Shown: positions 11,940 through 21,099, counted from the stretch's first letter. The stretch: DNA of 64,000 nt from Candidatus Nitrospinota bacterium M3_3B_026 (GCA_051418015.1 JBPRGF010000023.1:64001-128000); one strand, 5' to 3'. Made by a program: numbers and translations. The notes: generated by a model from the sequence alone, not told the origin.

Positions 11940-12674
11940 ATGGCATTCGCGTCGGAAGAAGAGGAGATCGAAAAGCTGGTCGAGGGGCTTCACTTCAAGC
12001 AGAAAGTGGAGCGGGCGAAAAACCTTCTTGAGTGGGCGTTCGCCGAGTACGGCGACAACGCCGTCGTCGCCAACAGCCTGGGCAAGGACTCCATGGTGGT
12101 CTGGGACCTGGCGAGGAAGGTCAACCCCGCCGCCCGCGGATTCATCGTCACCACGCCCTACAAACCCAAGGAGACGATCGACTACATGAATGACCTCGCG
12201 GCGGACGATCCTGACCTCAGGATCTACAAATCGGACCAGGACGTGGGCGAGCTTTACAAGACCGATCCCGACGAGTGCTGCCGGATATTGAAAGTCGAGC
12301 CCGTCCGCCAGGCCGTCGCCGAGATGGACGTGAAACTGTGGATAACCGGCCTGCGCTGCACCGAGGGGCGCACGAGGACAGACTTCAGGGAGGTTGAACA
12401 GCGCGACGAGGGGCTTTACAAGCTCAACCCGATCCTCCTGTTCAAGGAGCGCGAGGTTTGGCAGTACCTGGCCCTGAACGGGGTAAAAGTAAACCCCCTT
12501 TACGGCGAAGGATACCGCTCCCTCGGGTGCGCGCCATGCACCGCCATCGTCGCCGACGAGAACGAGCGCGCGGGCAGGTGGCTTTCCACGTCCAAGTGCG
12601 GCGGCGAGTGCGGCATCCACACAAGGCCCCTGAAGGCGGCTCCGGAAGAGGCCGCCGCCGGTGAAAGCCTGTAA
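11940..12674 (+). CDS. cysH: Adenosine 5'-phosphosulfate (APS/PAPS) reductase, Fe-S type
   Basis: SLGKDS, ECCRILKVEP, WITGLR, SLGCAPCT, ERAGRW and ECGIH. The CC plus CXXC ligands indicate the APS-reducing type. Confidence 0.9.
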   Translation: MAFASEEEEIEKLVEGLHFKQKVERAKNLLEWAFAEYGDNAVVANSLGKDSMVVWDLARKVNPAARGFIVTTPYKPKETIDYMNDLAADDPDLRIYKSDQDVGELYKTDPDECCRILKVEPVRQAVAEMDVKLWITGLRCTEGRTRTDFREVEQRDEGLYKLNPILLFKEREVWQYLALNGVKVNPLYGEGYRSLGCAPCTAIVADENERAGRWLSTSKCGGECGIHTRPLKAAPEEAAAGESL

Positions 12675-13453
12675 TGGACGCGACCCAGATACTGGCGGGC
12701 TTCGCCGTCGGCGCGCTCGTGGGGTTCACGGGAATGGGGGGAGGCGCCGTGATGACCCCCGTCCTGATACTGGCGCTGGGGGTCCGGCCCACCATCGCCG
12801 TGGGGACGGACCTGATATACGCCGCCGTAACCAAGTCCGCCGGGACGGCCGCCCACGGCCTGCAGGGCACTGTCCATTGGAGGACGGTGTTCCTGCTCGC
12901 CGCCGGGAGCCTTCCCGGCGCGGCGGCGGGGTCCGTTATGTTCCATTCGCTGCAGGCGGCCTACGGCGGCGCGCTGGAGCCTTTTATCGCCAAGTCCATC
13001 GGGGTTCTGCTGATGGTCACGGCGGCGGTCATGATCCTATCGAAAAAAGGGAGACGTAAAGATGATGTCAACAACGCAACCGGGGGCGGCGCGCCCGGAG
13101 GAGGGGATGTTTTCATTCTCCCGGCGGCGGGGTTCATGGTGGGGGTTCTTGTCACCTTCACTTCCGTCGGCAGCGGCACGCTGGTGGCCGCCACTCTATT
13201 CACCGTGTTCCCCGGCCTCGGCGCGGCCAGAATCATCGGCTCGGACATCGCCCATGCGGCGCTGCTTCTGTCCGTAGCGTCGGCCGGGCACGGCTTCATG
13301 GGCAACGTCAACTGGGAGCTGGCCTCGAACCTCGTGGCGGGGTCTGTTCCGGGCGTTCTCCTTGGAAGCAGGCTGGCCGGCGCGGCGCCGGAGAAACTCA
13401 TCAAGGCGACGGCGGGCGGCGCGATGTTCTTCGCGGGATACGCGCTCGTCTGA
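12674..13453 (+). CDS. TauE/SafE-family sulfite/sulfur-oxyanion transporter
   Basis: GFTGMGGG, AVGTDL, TSVGSG and IIGSDIAH; multiple TM helices; translationally coupled to cysH. Confidence 0.88.
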   Translation: MDATQILAGFAVGALVGFTGMGGGAVMTPVLILALGVRPTIAVGTDLIYAAVTKSAGTAAHGLQGTVHWRTVFLLAAGSLPGAAAGSVMFHSLQAAYGGALEPFIAKSIGVLLMVTAAVMILSKKGRRKDDVNNATGGGAPGGGDVFILPAAGFMVGVLVTFTSVGSGTLVAATLFTVFPGLGAARIIGSDIAHAALLLSVASAGHGFMGNVNWELASNLVAGSVPGVLLGSRLAGAAPEKLIKATAGGAMFFAGYALV

Positions 13454-13487
13454 AATGCGGTGTTTACAGGATAAGGAGTGAAAAGAG

Positions 13488-15749
13488 ATGCAAGCGAATA
13501 CGGCGGCGGCCGATTTCATCACGACAAAGCCGAGGTCCGGGGAGCTCGAGAAGTTCCGCGGGCAGGTGGCCGAATACAAATCGGGAAGCATAACCGGGGA
13601 GCAGTTCAAGTCCGCCCGGGTGAACCTGGGGATATACTCCCAGCGACAGGAGGGCCTTTTCATGGTGAGGACGAAGATAGCCGCCGGGAAAATCCCCGCC
13701 GGCTCCATCGACGCCCTCGCCGAAGCGGCGGACCGGTGGGGAAGCGGGTTCGTCCACATATCCACCAGGCAGGATTTCCAGCTTCACAACGTTCCGCTGG
13801 ATGATCTGGCCGATGTCCTCGACCATCTTCACGACGCGGGGATAACGACCCTCGGCGCGGGCGGGAACACCATCAGGAACATAACCGTCTGCCGTCACGC
13901 CATGGCCGGGCAGGGGCCTTTCGACGTCGCCGCGGTGTCGCGGGCGGTCTCGGGCTATTTCCTGGGGAACCCCATCTCGAAAGGGCTGCCGAGGAAGTTC
14001 AAGATAACCTTCTCCGCCTGCGCCGAAGACTGCGGTGGAGGGGTCATCGACGACATCGGCGCCATCGTCCTGGGCCAGGAAAGCGGGCTGGGGAGCGACG
14101 GTTTCCGCCTGCTCGTGGGAGGGGGCGGCGGCTCCATCCCCAGGCTGGGGAAAACGCTGGACGAGTTCGTCCCCGCGAGGAGGGTCCACGTCTCCATCCT
14201 CGCCATCCTGAACATTTTCAACAGGATGGGGACGAGGACGAACCGCGCCAGGGCGAGGATAAAATTCCTGGTCGAGAAGCTGGGGATAGAAAAGCTCAGG
14301 AGCCTTTACCGCGAGGAGCTAGCGTCTCTCTCGAACGTCGAGGACCTGGCTTATGAAGGCTCTTCACCCAACGGCGGCCGGAGCGGCGCCTCCCTGCTTC
14401 TCAAGATACCGGTGGGCGACATCTACTCCGGCCAGCTGCGCAGTCTCGGCCAGTTCCTGCTGGAGACGCCGGGGGTATCCGCATGGAACACCAAGGACGG
14501 CGATATACTGCTGACCGGCCTCGACTCGGCCGCCGCGGGCTCCGCGCCCGGCCGGCTGCGCGCGCTTGGGTTTTACCCCGCGATAGACAAACCCGGAAAC
14601 GTCGTAAGGTCGTGCAACGGCGCCTCCCTGTGCAGCGAGGGGATAGCCAACTCAAAAGCCCTCGCCAGGGTTCTGGAGCCGCTGGCCGAAGGGCTCGACG
14701 AAGGGCTGGGGCCGATAAACATAAGCGTCAGCGGATGCCCCAACGCCTGCGCGCTGCACCATACCGCCGACATCGGCCTGCAGGGCGCGGCGAAAAGGGT
14801 CAACGGCCGCCTTGCGCCGCATTACCTGCTGTACCTCGGCGGCGCGGGACACGGCCCGGCGCCAAGGCTGGCCGAGCCGGTAGTCAGGATCCCGGCGAAA
14901 AACGTCCCCGCTGCGGTGAAGCGAGCGGTGGACATCGCAAGAAGCGCCGCCGGGGATGGCGAGACGTTCGGCGGTGTTGCCGCAAGGCTCGGCGTCGAAA
15001 AATTCCGGGAGGAGCTCGCGCCGTTCACCCTGCTCCCCTCCTACGAGAAGAACCGGGATGGATATCGCGACTGGGAGTCCGACGAGGACTTCAACCTCGA
15101 CGAGGTCGGCCCCGGCGAGTGCGGCGGCTCCGCCCTGGAGCTTATAGAAGGCGTCTACAACCAGGCGAGGCGCGACCTGGCCTCCGCCAGGCAGGCGCTG
15201 GAGGCGGGCGATGAGGCCGCGGCGTCAAAAAGGGCCGCGAGCTCCGTCTCCCAGTCCGCCAGGGCCCTGCTCGCGGCGCGGGGGATAGAGCCGGGGACGG
15301 ACGATGAGCTTTTAAGCCAGTTCCGCGACAGGATCGTGACGCGGGGGATAGCCTCCGGCAGGTTCCTGGACGCCCTCGCCGCGGCCGCGGGAGAGGGGCT
15401 GGAAAGCCGCTACGGGCCGGAGGAGTGGGCGCCTCTTGGCGAGGAGCTCCTGGAGGAGAGCCTTTCGGCCTACGAAAAGCTTTCGCCGCAGGGCGCCGGG
15501 AAGCCGCGGGCGCGAAAAAAGGCCGCCGTGGAGAGACTCGATCTCTCCGGCGTGCGCTGCCCCTTCAACTACGTCAGGATCAAGGTACGGCTGGAGGAGC
15601 TGCCGAAGGGCGCGAGGTTGGAGGCGGTGCTGGACGACGGCGCGCCGGTGGAGAATGTCCCACGCAGCCTGGAAAACGACGGCCACGAGATATTGTCCCT
15701 CGAAGTGATGGAGAACGGGCAGTATCTTCTCCTGGTGGAAAAGAACTGA
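13488..15749 (+). CDS. Siroheme sulfite (nitrite/sulfite family) reductase with C-terminal HEPN-like and TusA-like domains
   Basis: STRQDFQLH, LPRKFKI, RARARIKFL and siroheme/Fe-S ligands SCNGASLC...SGCPNAC. The C-terminus reads LDLSGVRCPFNYV (TusA/SirA). Confidence 0.85.
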   Translation: MQANTAAADFITTKPRSGELEKFRGQVAEYKSGSITGEQFKSARVNLGIYSQRQEGLFMVRTKIAAGKIPAGSIDALAEAADRWGSGFVHISTRQDFQLHNVPLDDLADVLDHLHDAGITTLGAGGNTIRNITVCRHAMAGQGPFDVAAVSRAVSGYFLGNPISKGLPRKFKITFSACAEDCGGGVIDDIGAIVLGQESGLGSDGFRLLVGGGGGSIPRLGKTLDEFVPARRVHVSILAILNIFNRMGTRTNRARARIKFLVEKLGIEKLRSLYREELASLSNVEDLAYEGSSPNGGRSGASLLLKIPVGDIYSGQLRSLGQFLLETPGVSAWNTKDGDILLTGLDSAAAGSAPGRLRALGFYPAIDKPGNVVRSCNGASLCSEGIANSKALARVLEPLAEGLDEGLGPINISVSGCPNACALHHTADIGLQGAAKRVNGRLAPHYLLYLGGAGHGPAPRLAEPVVRIPAKNVPAAVKRAVDIARSAAGDGETFGGVAARLGVEKFREELAPFTLLPSYEKNRDGYRDWESDEDFNLDEVGPGECGGSALELIEGVYNQARRDLASARQALEAGDEAAASKRAASSVSQSARALLAARGIEPGTDDELLSQFRDRIVTRGIASGRFLDALAAAAGEGLESRYGPEEWAPLGEELLEESLSAYEKLSPQGAGKPRARKKAAVERLDLSGVRCPFNYVRIKVRLEELPKGARLEAVLDDGAPVENVPRSLENDGHEILSLEVMENGQYLLLVEKN

Positions 15750-15884
15750 TCTTTTCCGGCGCTTTCCTCCAGTCCCCGGAAGCGGGGCGGCGGGCTCTCC
15801 CCTCCGTCCCGCGCTCCAGTTATGTCCTCCTGAGCGCCAGCGACGCATCCCGTACCGGAAGAAACAACAGCGGTTTTGATAGGG

Positions 15885-16853
15885 TCAACGACTTTCCAAC
15901 GACATCTGGATGGAAAAGTCCGGCCCGCTCCTCGTCAGGTTCTCCGAAAGCCCGAAGACGACGCTCCGCCCGCTTTCGAGACGACGCCTGAACCCCAGCG
16001 TGACCTCCGCCCATCCGTCCCTGAAGACGTAAATGTCCGCCGATGGCGATGGGGACGTGTTGAACATCGTCTGCGCCAGAAGCTCAAGCCTGTCCGACGC
16101 CCTGTACCCCGCCGAAAGGTACCCCGTGTAAAAAGCCTCCAGGCTCGCTTCCCGCGAGCCTGTCCGGAGCCCGCCGGGCCAGACCGCGCCGCCCCCGGCG
16201 TGGAAGGACCATCCCCCGCCCCCCACGGAGGCCAGGGCGCGCAAGGCGTATTCGAACATTCCGGAGCCCATCCCCTTCCCGGCGTCTCCCGTCGGCGCCT
16301 CGACGATGGCCTGGAGCGCCGCGGCGGAGCTAGCGCCATTCCACAGGGATGTCTTGAGCCAGAATCGCGCGTCCCCGGCGCCCGCCCCGGCGCGCCCGCT
16401 TCTCAGCTTTTTCCCGTCATGGTAAACATCGTCAAGGAAACGATAGTCCGGCGCGTCCTCCTGCCCGGCGTAAAACTGGGCGCCCGTCCTTTCGTGGTAC
16501 CAGCGGACGATCCCGTCCATGAACCCCCCGTAAGCGTAAAACAGGGAGACCTCCGCCCCCGCCTCGAAACGCCCGCCATGGAAGGGATGAAAGACCGCGG
16601 CGTCAAGCTCGGTCATCTCCTTGTCGATCCCCACCGCCCATTCACGGCCATGACCAAACATGTAGACGTTCGAATGCGTGAGGCTCAGCCTCCACCCAGT
16701 CTTTTCGGACGGCTGGGCCGCCTCCGGCGCGGGGTAAAGAAGCCCGGAGTACAACGGATGGTGGTTGCGCATCGGGATCGGCGCGGACAGGTCCTCGGCA
16801 TACGCCCGGGACGAGGCAAGCGCAAGGACCAGGATCAGAGCCGGCAGCCTGAT
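15885..16853 (-). CDS. DUF3187-like outer-membrane beta-barrel protein (start uncertain)
   Basis: Track ORF 15885..16772 has GGFMDGIVRWYH and alternating beta-strand patterns. The frame extends upstream through a signal-like IRLPALILVLALASSRAYA. Confidence 0.6.
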   Translation of the reverse strand: MRLPALILVLALASSRAYAEDLSAPIPMRNHHPLYSGLLYPAPEAAQPSEKTGWRLSLTHSNVYMFGHGREWAVGIDKEMTELDAAVFHPFHGGRFEAGAEVSLFYAYGGFMDGIVRWYHERTGAQFYAGQEDAPDYRFLDDVYHDGKKLRSGRAGAGAGDARFWLKTSLWNGASSAAALQAIVEAPTGDAGKGMGSGMFEYALRALASVGGGGWSFHAGGGAVWPGGLRTGSREASLEAFYTGYLSAGYRASDRLELLAQTMFNTSPSPSADIYVFRDGWAEVTLGFRRRLESGRSVVFGLSENLTRSGPDFSIQMSLESR

Positions 16854-16854
16854 C

Positions 16855-17706
16855 TTATATCTCCTCCGCGAAGGATTCCTTGTAAAGGTCGAACTGGCGG
16901 AACCCGACGAGCGTTATGGCGGCCCCCACGGCGATCAGAACGGCGAGGATGACAAGGCTCGGCGCCCTGCCGTGGATGAAGATGTCCTGGTAGCTGAGGC
17001 TGAGGGCGGCCATCGGGTTCAGGTAGAAGGTGAACCGCCATTTCTCAGGCGTCTGGGAGATGGGATAGATTATCGGACAAAGAAAGAACCAGAGCACAAG
17101 CAGATTGCCGAGGATATGCTGCACGTCCCTGAACCTGACGTTGACCGCGGCCGCCACGTAGACCAGCCCGATGGTGAAAAGAAGCTGCGCGGCGGCGACC
17201 AGCGGCAGCCAGAGAATATGGAGCGTGAAAGGGACGCCGTATATCGCCATGAAAATGAAAAGGAGCGGCAGGCTGAACAGGTAGTTGAACATGTTCGATA
17301 TGATCTTCACCATCGGCAGTATCTCCGCCGGGAACATCGACTTCGTGATGAGCGCCCCGGAGCCGGTTATCGAGTTCACCCCGTCCATCAGCGACGATGA
17401 GAACCATATCCAGGGCAGAAGCCCCGTGAAGAGGAATACGGTGTAGTTCTCCATGCTCACGCGCATGTAGACCGAAAAGACGAGGGCGTAGACCAAAAGC
17501 AGCAGCAGAGGGTTCAGGAACGTCCACAACATCCCCAGCGTGGAGCCCCGGTACCGGGCCTTCAGCTCTTTGCCCACGAGGTTGGCCACAAGCTCCCTGT
17601 GGCGGTACAGGAGACCCACGTGATCTTTGAAAATTTTCAGTCCCATCATCCTCGGGTAAAACGGATAAACGTTGATTATAAATAAGCGCTGGGACGGCGG
17701 CAACAC
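16855..17706 (-). CDS. ABC-2 polysaccharide export permease (Wzm/RfbA-like); true start probably near 17650
   Basis: ELKARYRGSTLGMLWTFLNPL, FRDVQH, PIIYP and LNPM. Confidence 0.88.
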   Translation of the reverse strand: MLPPSQRLFIINVYPFYPRMMGLKIFKDHVGLLYRHRELVANLVGKELKARYRGSTLGMLWTFLNPLLLLLVYALVFSVYMRVSMENYTVFLFTGLLPWIWFSSSLMDGVNSITGSGALITKSMFPAEILPMVKIISNMFNYLFSLPLLFIFMAIYGVPFTLHILWLPLVAAAQLLFTIGLVYVAAAVNVRFRDVQHILGNLLVLWFFLCPIIYPISQTPEKWRFTFYLNPMAALSLSYQDIFIHGRAPSLVILAVLIAVGAAITLVGFRQFDLYKESFAEEI

Positions 17707-17721
17707 AAAGGCGACTCGCTC

Positions 17722-18822
17722 CTACTCTGGCGGTTTGCGGAAAAAGAGGATCACCGACGTATAAAGCGTCTTGCCGACCTTGAGGACCAGGTGAGGGGTC
17801 ATGTGCCGCTCATCAGGGTCTAAAACGGGGTTTTCAATAGCATGCCCCGGGAGACGGAACTCTGGGGCCTGGACAAGTTTCAGCCCGGAAGGGGCGACGA
17901 CATGCTCGATCAGCTCGTCCCTGTCGAAAAACTCCGGGTGTCTCTGGCCGTTTATTACAAACTCGGTGACGACGGCGGCGACCCCTCCCCTCCTCAGAAC
18001 CCGCCCCATCTCCTTCATGGAAGCCGCCGCGTTCTCATGACCACCGAAATGCTCTATCGACGACATGGACAATACTATGTCGAACGACTCGTTCTCGAAC
18101 TCCAGCTTCCGCCCGTCCATGCGCATGAAACGAAGCCTGTCTTTCCTATACGGAAACGGAGCGTACTTGCCAGGGTCTAAAAGGGTCTTCGGGTCGCCTT
18201 CTCTGCCTTCTTTTTCCGCCCACTCGCCCTCGAAAAGGTCCGTGGCTATGACGTCTCCGGCGTTATTGGCAAGCCAATAGACTAGCGCCTCGTGCCCACT
18301 GCCGACACCAAGACACTTGGAATCCTCCCGAAGCGCGCCAAGCTTCCGCAACCCGTAGATTGTATGGGTCCACTCAAAGCCCTTCCTGTGCATAAACGTG
18401 AGGGATGGAGGTATCGCCTTGATGTCGAGCAGGATATCGCGCCATTCCTCGTCCAGCCACATCCGGGGATCGACAAGACCGCAAAGCCGCGCGCCGTCGA
18501 AGGGCGGATCCTCCACATACGGCTGGAATCCGTCGTCTGGGCAAACGGTCACGAAATCAAAAAGGACTTTGTGCGGATCGCATTTATAACCAGATTTGGC
18601 CCGGTATTCATCTGAGCCGGTGAATGCCTTGACAATATCGCTCCTCGTGACGCTCCCGCTTCCGAGTCGCTCGAGATAATGCCTTTTCCCTTCCCCGTCC
18701 GGGGGGCGCTCCAAGAGAACCCTGTACAAGACCTCGACGAAATCTTCATCCTTCGACAAATCAAAAGCGCTTTTTCCCAGCGTGCGCTTGAAAAACCCTC
18801 TAAGCACAGTCCATGACCTCAA
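17722..18822 (-). CDS. Class I SAM-dependent methyltransferase with N-terminal DUF4214-like repeat
   Basis: FVEVLYRVLLERPPDGEG, LGVGSGHE, FDIVLSMSSIEHFG and EMGRVLRRGG. Confidence 0.75.
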   Translation of the reverse strand: MRSWTVLRGFFKRTLGKSAFDLSKDEDFVEVLYRVLLERPPDGEGKRHYLERLGSGSVTRSDIVKAFTGSDEYRAKSGYKCDPHKVLFDFVTVCPDDGFQPYVEDPPFDGARLCGLVDPRMWLDEEWRDILLDIKAIPPSLTFMHRKGFEWTHTIYGLRKLGALREDSKCLGVGSGHEALVYWLANNAGDVIATDLFEGEWAEKEGREGDPKTLLDPGKYAPFPYRKDRLRFMRMDGRKLEFENESFDIVLSMSSIEHFGGHENAAASMKEMGRVLRRGGVAAVVTEFVINGQRHPEFFDRDELIEHVVAPSGLKLVQAPEFRLPGHAIENPVLDPDERHMTPHLVLKVGKTLYTSVILFFRKPPE

Positions 18823-18941
18823 GGGAGCCGGGCAGGGGGCCGGTGTTTTACGGCGAGCCTGACTCAGTTTGAAAAATTATACCAAACGCCGATTGCGCTT
18901 TCAATCAAGAGCCAGGAACACCGGCGCCGGGAGGCCGCGGG

Positions 18942-19346
18942 TTATATCTTCTCCAGCGCCGCCGAAAGCCTCGAAGCCGCCTGTTCGGCCACCTCCGCCA
19001 GGCCCGCGTCCGGCAACATGCTCATCATCGCCCGCGGGTTGATGGCCGAAACCACCACCAGGCCCGGCTCCTTTTCGTACACCACGACGTTGCAGGGCAG
19101 GAGGAGGCCCACGTCGAGGGTCGCGTTCAGCGCCTTGTTGGCGAGCTTCGGATTGCACGCGCCGAGGATGACGTAGTTCCTGAAGTCCACCCCCAGCTTC
19201 TCCTTCAGGACCGGCTTGACGTCGATCCTGGTGAGGACGCCGAACCCTTCCGTCTTGAGGGCTTCCATGGTCCTTTCGACCACTTCGTCGTAGCCGCCCT
19301 TGACCTGTTTTTCGATACCGAGGCTCTCGCCCGTCTTCTCCGCCAT
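18942..19346 (-). CDS. DUF302 family protein
   Basis: EGFGVLTRIDV, YVILGACNP and GLLLPCNVVV. Confidence 0.88.
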   Translation of the reverse strand: MAEKTGESLGIEKQVKGGYDEVVERTMEALKTEGFGVLTRIDVKPVLKEKLGVDFRNYVILGACNPKLANKALNATLDVGLLLPCNVVVYEKEPGLVVVSAINPRAMMSMLPDAGLAEVAEQAASRLSAALEKI

Positions 19347-19368
19347 GACAACCTCCTTCCGGTTCGAT

Positions 19369-19824
19369 TCACCCGCCCAGGCGGGTCATGTGCTCTATCT
19401 TCAGGCAACGGTCCTGGATCACCATGATCCCTTCCCGGCGCATCCTGCCGGCCGACTCGTTGTTCACTATCCCCAGCTGAAGCCACACGGCCCGGGGCTT
19501 TTTGGCTATTATCTCCTCCGTCATGTCCGGGATCGCCTCCGGCTTGCGGAAAACGTCCACGATGTCCACCGGCTCCGGAACATCGGCCAGGGTCTTGTAT
19601 GCCCTGATTCCCTCCCACTCCTCGATGTTCGGGTGTACAGGGATGATTTTGTATCCATGGTCTTTCAGGTACCGTCCCACCATGTACGAGTCCCGGTGGG
19701 ATTTGTTGGAAAGCCCCACGACGGCGATCGTCTTCGCCGTCTCCAGCAGCTTTTTTATCTCGGACGGCTCCGGGTTCTGATCGGCAACCGGCCTGTTTTC
19801 TCCGCCGCTTCGCATCGGCGTCAT
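19369..19824 (-). CDS. CoA-binding domain protein (YccU-like)
   Basis: TIAVVGLS, VDIVDVFR, VWLQLGI and DRCLKIEH. Confidence 0.88.
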   Translation of the reverse strand: MTPMRSGGENRPVADQNPEPSEIKKLLETAKTIAVVGLSNKSHRDSYMVGRYLKDHGYKIIPVHPNIEEWEGIRAYKTLADVPEPVDIVDVFRKPEAIPDMTEEIIAKKPRAVWLQLGIVNNESAGRMRREGIMVIQDRCLKIEHMTRLGG

Positions 19825-19832
19825 ACCTCGGC

Positions 19833-20075
19833 CTACTCGGACTCCGTTTCTATGTTCTTTTTCAGAAACCTCAGCAGGTTGGAGGATACGGGCTCCGGGA
19901 TTGTCTCATCCTCCTTGGCCACCTGGAAAAGCTCGACCGTCTTCTTCAGCGTGTTGATGAACGCCACGCAGGGCTCGCAGTCCTTGATGTGATCCTCGAT
20001 CTCCTCGCATATATGGGGGTCGAGATCCTTGTCCAGGTAGTCCCCTATTTTCTGAAAAATCTCCTCGCACCTCAT
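19833..20075 (-). CDS. Cytoplasmic zinc-finger (zf-HC2/ZAS) anti-sigma factor
   Basis: HIKDCEPC (HxxxCxxC). Overlaps the sigma stop codon (ATGA) and has no TM helix. Confidence 0.85.
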   Translation of the reverse strand: MRCEEIFQKIGDYLDKDLDPHICEEIEDHIKDCEPCVAFINTLKKTVELFQVAKEDETIPEPVSSNLLRFLKKNIETESE

Positions 20076-20725
20076 TGACCGTCCTTCCCCATCTTCGAGA
20101 TTTCCAGCGTCCCGTCGAAATACCTGGACAGGGCGTCGCGCATCGCCAGCCGCGCCCTGTGCAGGCGCGATTTCACCGCCGCCACGGTCATCCCCAGTAT
20201 CTGGCTGATCTCCAGGTTCGAAAAACCCTCCACGTCCTTCAGGATAAGAACAACGCGCTTGTCCTCCGGCAAAAGGGAGATCATACTGTCCAGCGCCTTG
20301 CGTATCTCGTCGTTTCCGTGCAACAGGGAGGGGTTCTTCGACCAGTCCACTATCTCCCGCTGCAAAAGCGAGCCGTCAAAGTCTATCGGCTTGTCTATGG
20401 AGACCAGGTCGACCTTCTTGGTCTTGCGGATCTTCATCAAGCAACCGTTCGTGGCTATCTTGAAAAGCCACGTGGAGAACGCCGAGTCCCCCCGGAAAGA
20501 GTTCAGCGACCGGTGAACCTGAAGGAACGTCTCCTGCAAAACGTCTTCCGCGTCCTCCTGATTGTTCAAAAACTTCAGGCAATGGTTGTATATCCTGGTC
20601 TCGTATTTCCTGACCAGCCTCTCAAACGCTGAAAAATCCCCCTTTTTTATCTTCCCGATCAGCTCAAGATCTTCGTTCTTGCTCGCCTTCTTCGCGGGCG
20701 AAAGCTCAGGAGACGCTCTTTTCAC
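20072..20725 (-). CDS. ECF sigma-70 factor
   Basis: DAEDVLQETF, AFSTWLFKIATN and AVKSRLHRAR. Confidence 0.92.
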   Translation of the reverse strand: MKRASPELSPAKKASKNEDLELIGKIKKGDFSAFERLVRKYETRIYNHCLKFLNNQEDAEDVLQETFLQVHRSLNSFRGDSAFSTWLFKIATNGCLMKIRKTKKVDLVSIDKPIDFDGSLLQREIVDWSKNPSLLHGNDEIRKALDSMISLLPEDKRVVLILKDVEGFSNLEISQILGMTVAAVKSRLHRARLAMRDALSRYFDGTLEISKMGKDGQ

Positions 20726-20729
20726 TTTG

Positions 20730-20754
20730 GATGCCGTGAGGGTTCAAAGGTTTC
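20730..20754 (-). promoter_or_regulatory. Candidate autoregulatory ECF promoter
   Basis: The minus strand reads GAAAC-N16-CATC directly upstream of the sigma gene. Confidence 0.4.
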
Positions 20755-21099
20755 GTTTTCTTGAAAACTAATCTAGCAACTTATCGCGGCTAGGGCAAGC
20801 AGCCGCGGCCCGCGTGAGGCGAACCGGACCGGATAGTCCGCCCATAGGAAAAACCCGCAACGCCGACGGCTTATCATAGAGAATAGCAAATAAGAAAACC
20901 GCCGCGCCTTTTCAGGTCTGCCTTCCGGTTCACGCGCGGCTGGCGACGGGAGGGCGATTTCCGCTTTCATTATAGTATGATAGAATTTTAAAGATCGATC
21001 CACGGGAACCGGGTATGAACTTCATCTTGGGGTATTCCGCGCTTCGTGAGTTTTCGGCCCCGCGGGGTTGAAAGCTCCGGGAAGCGCGATAGCGTTATT

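Noticed and set aside
15150..15480. HEPN-like region as an RNase toxin
   Set aside because: No Rx4-6H motif is evident, and the region is embedded in a metabolic enzyme.
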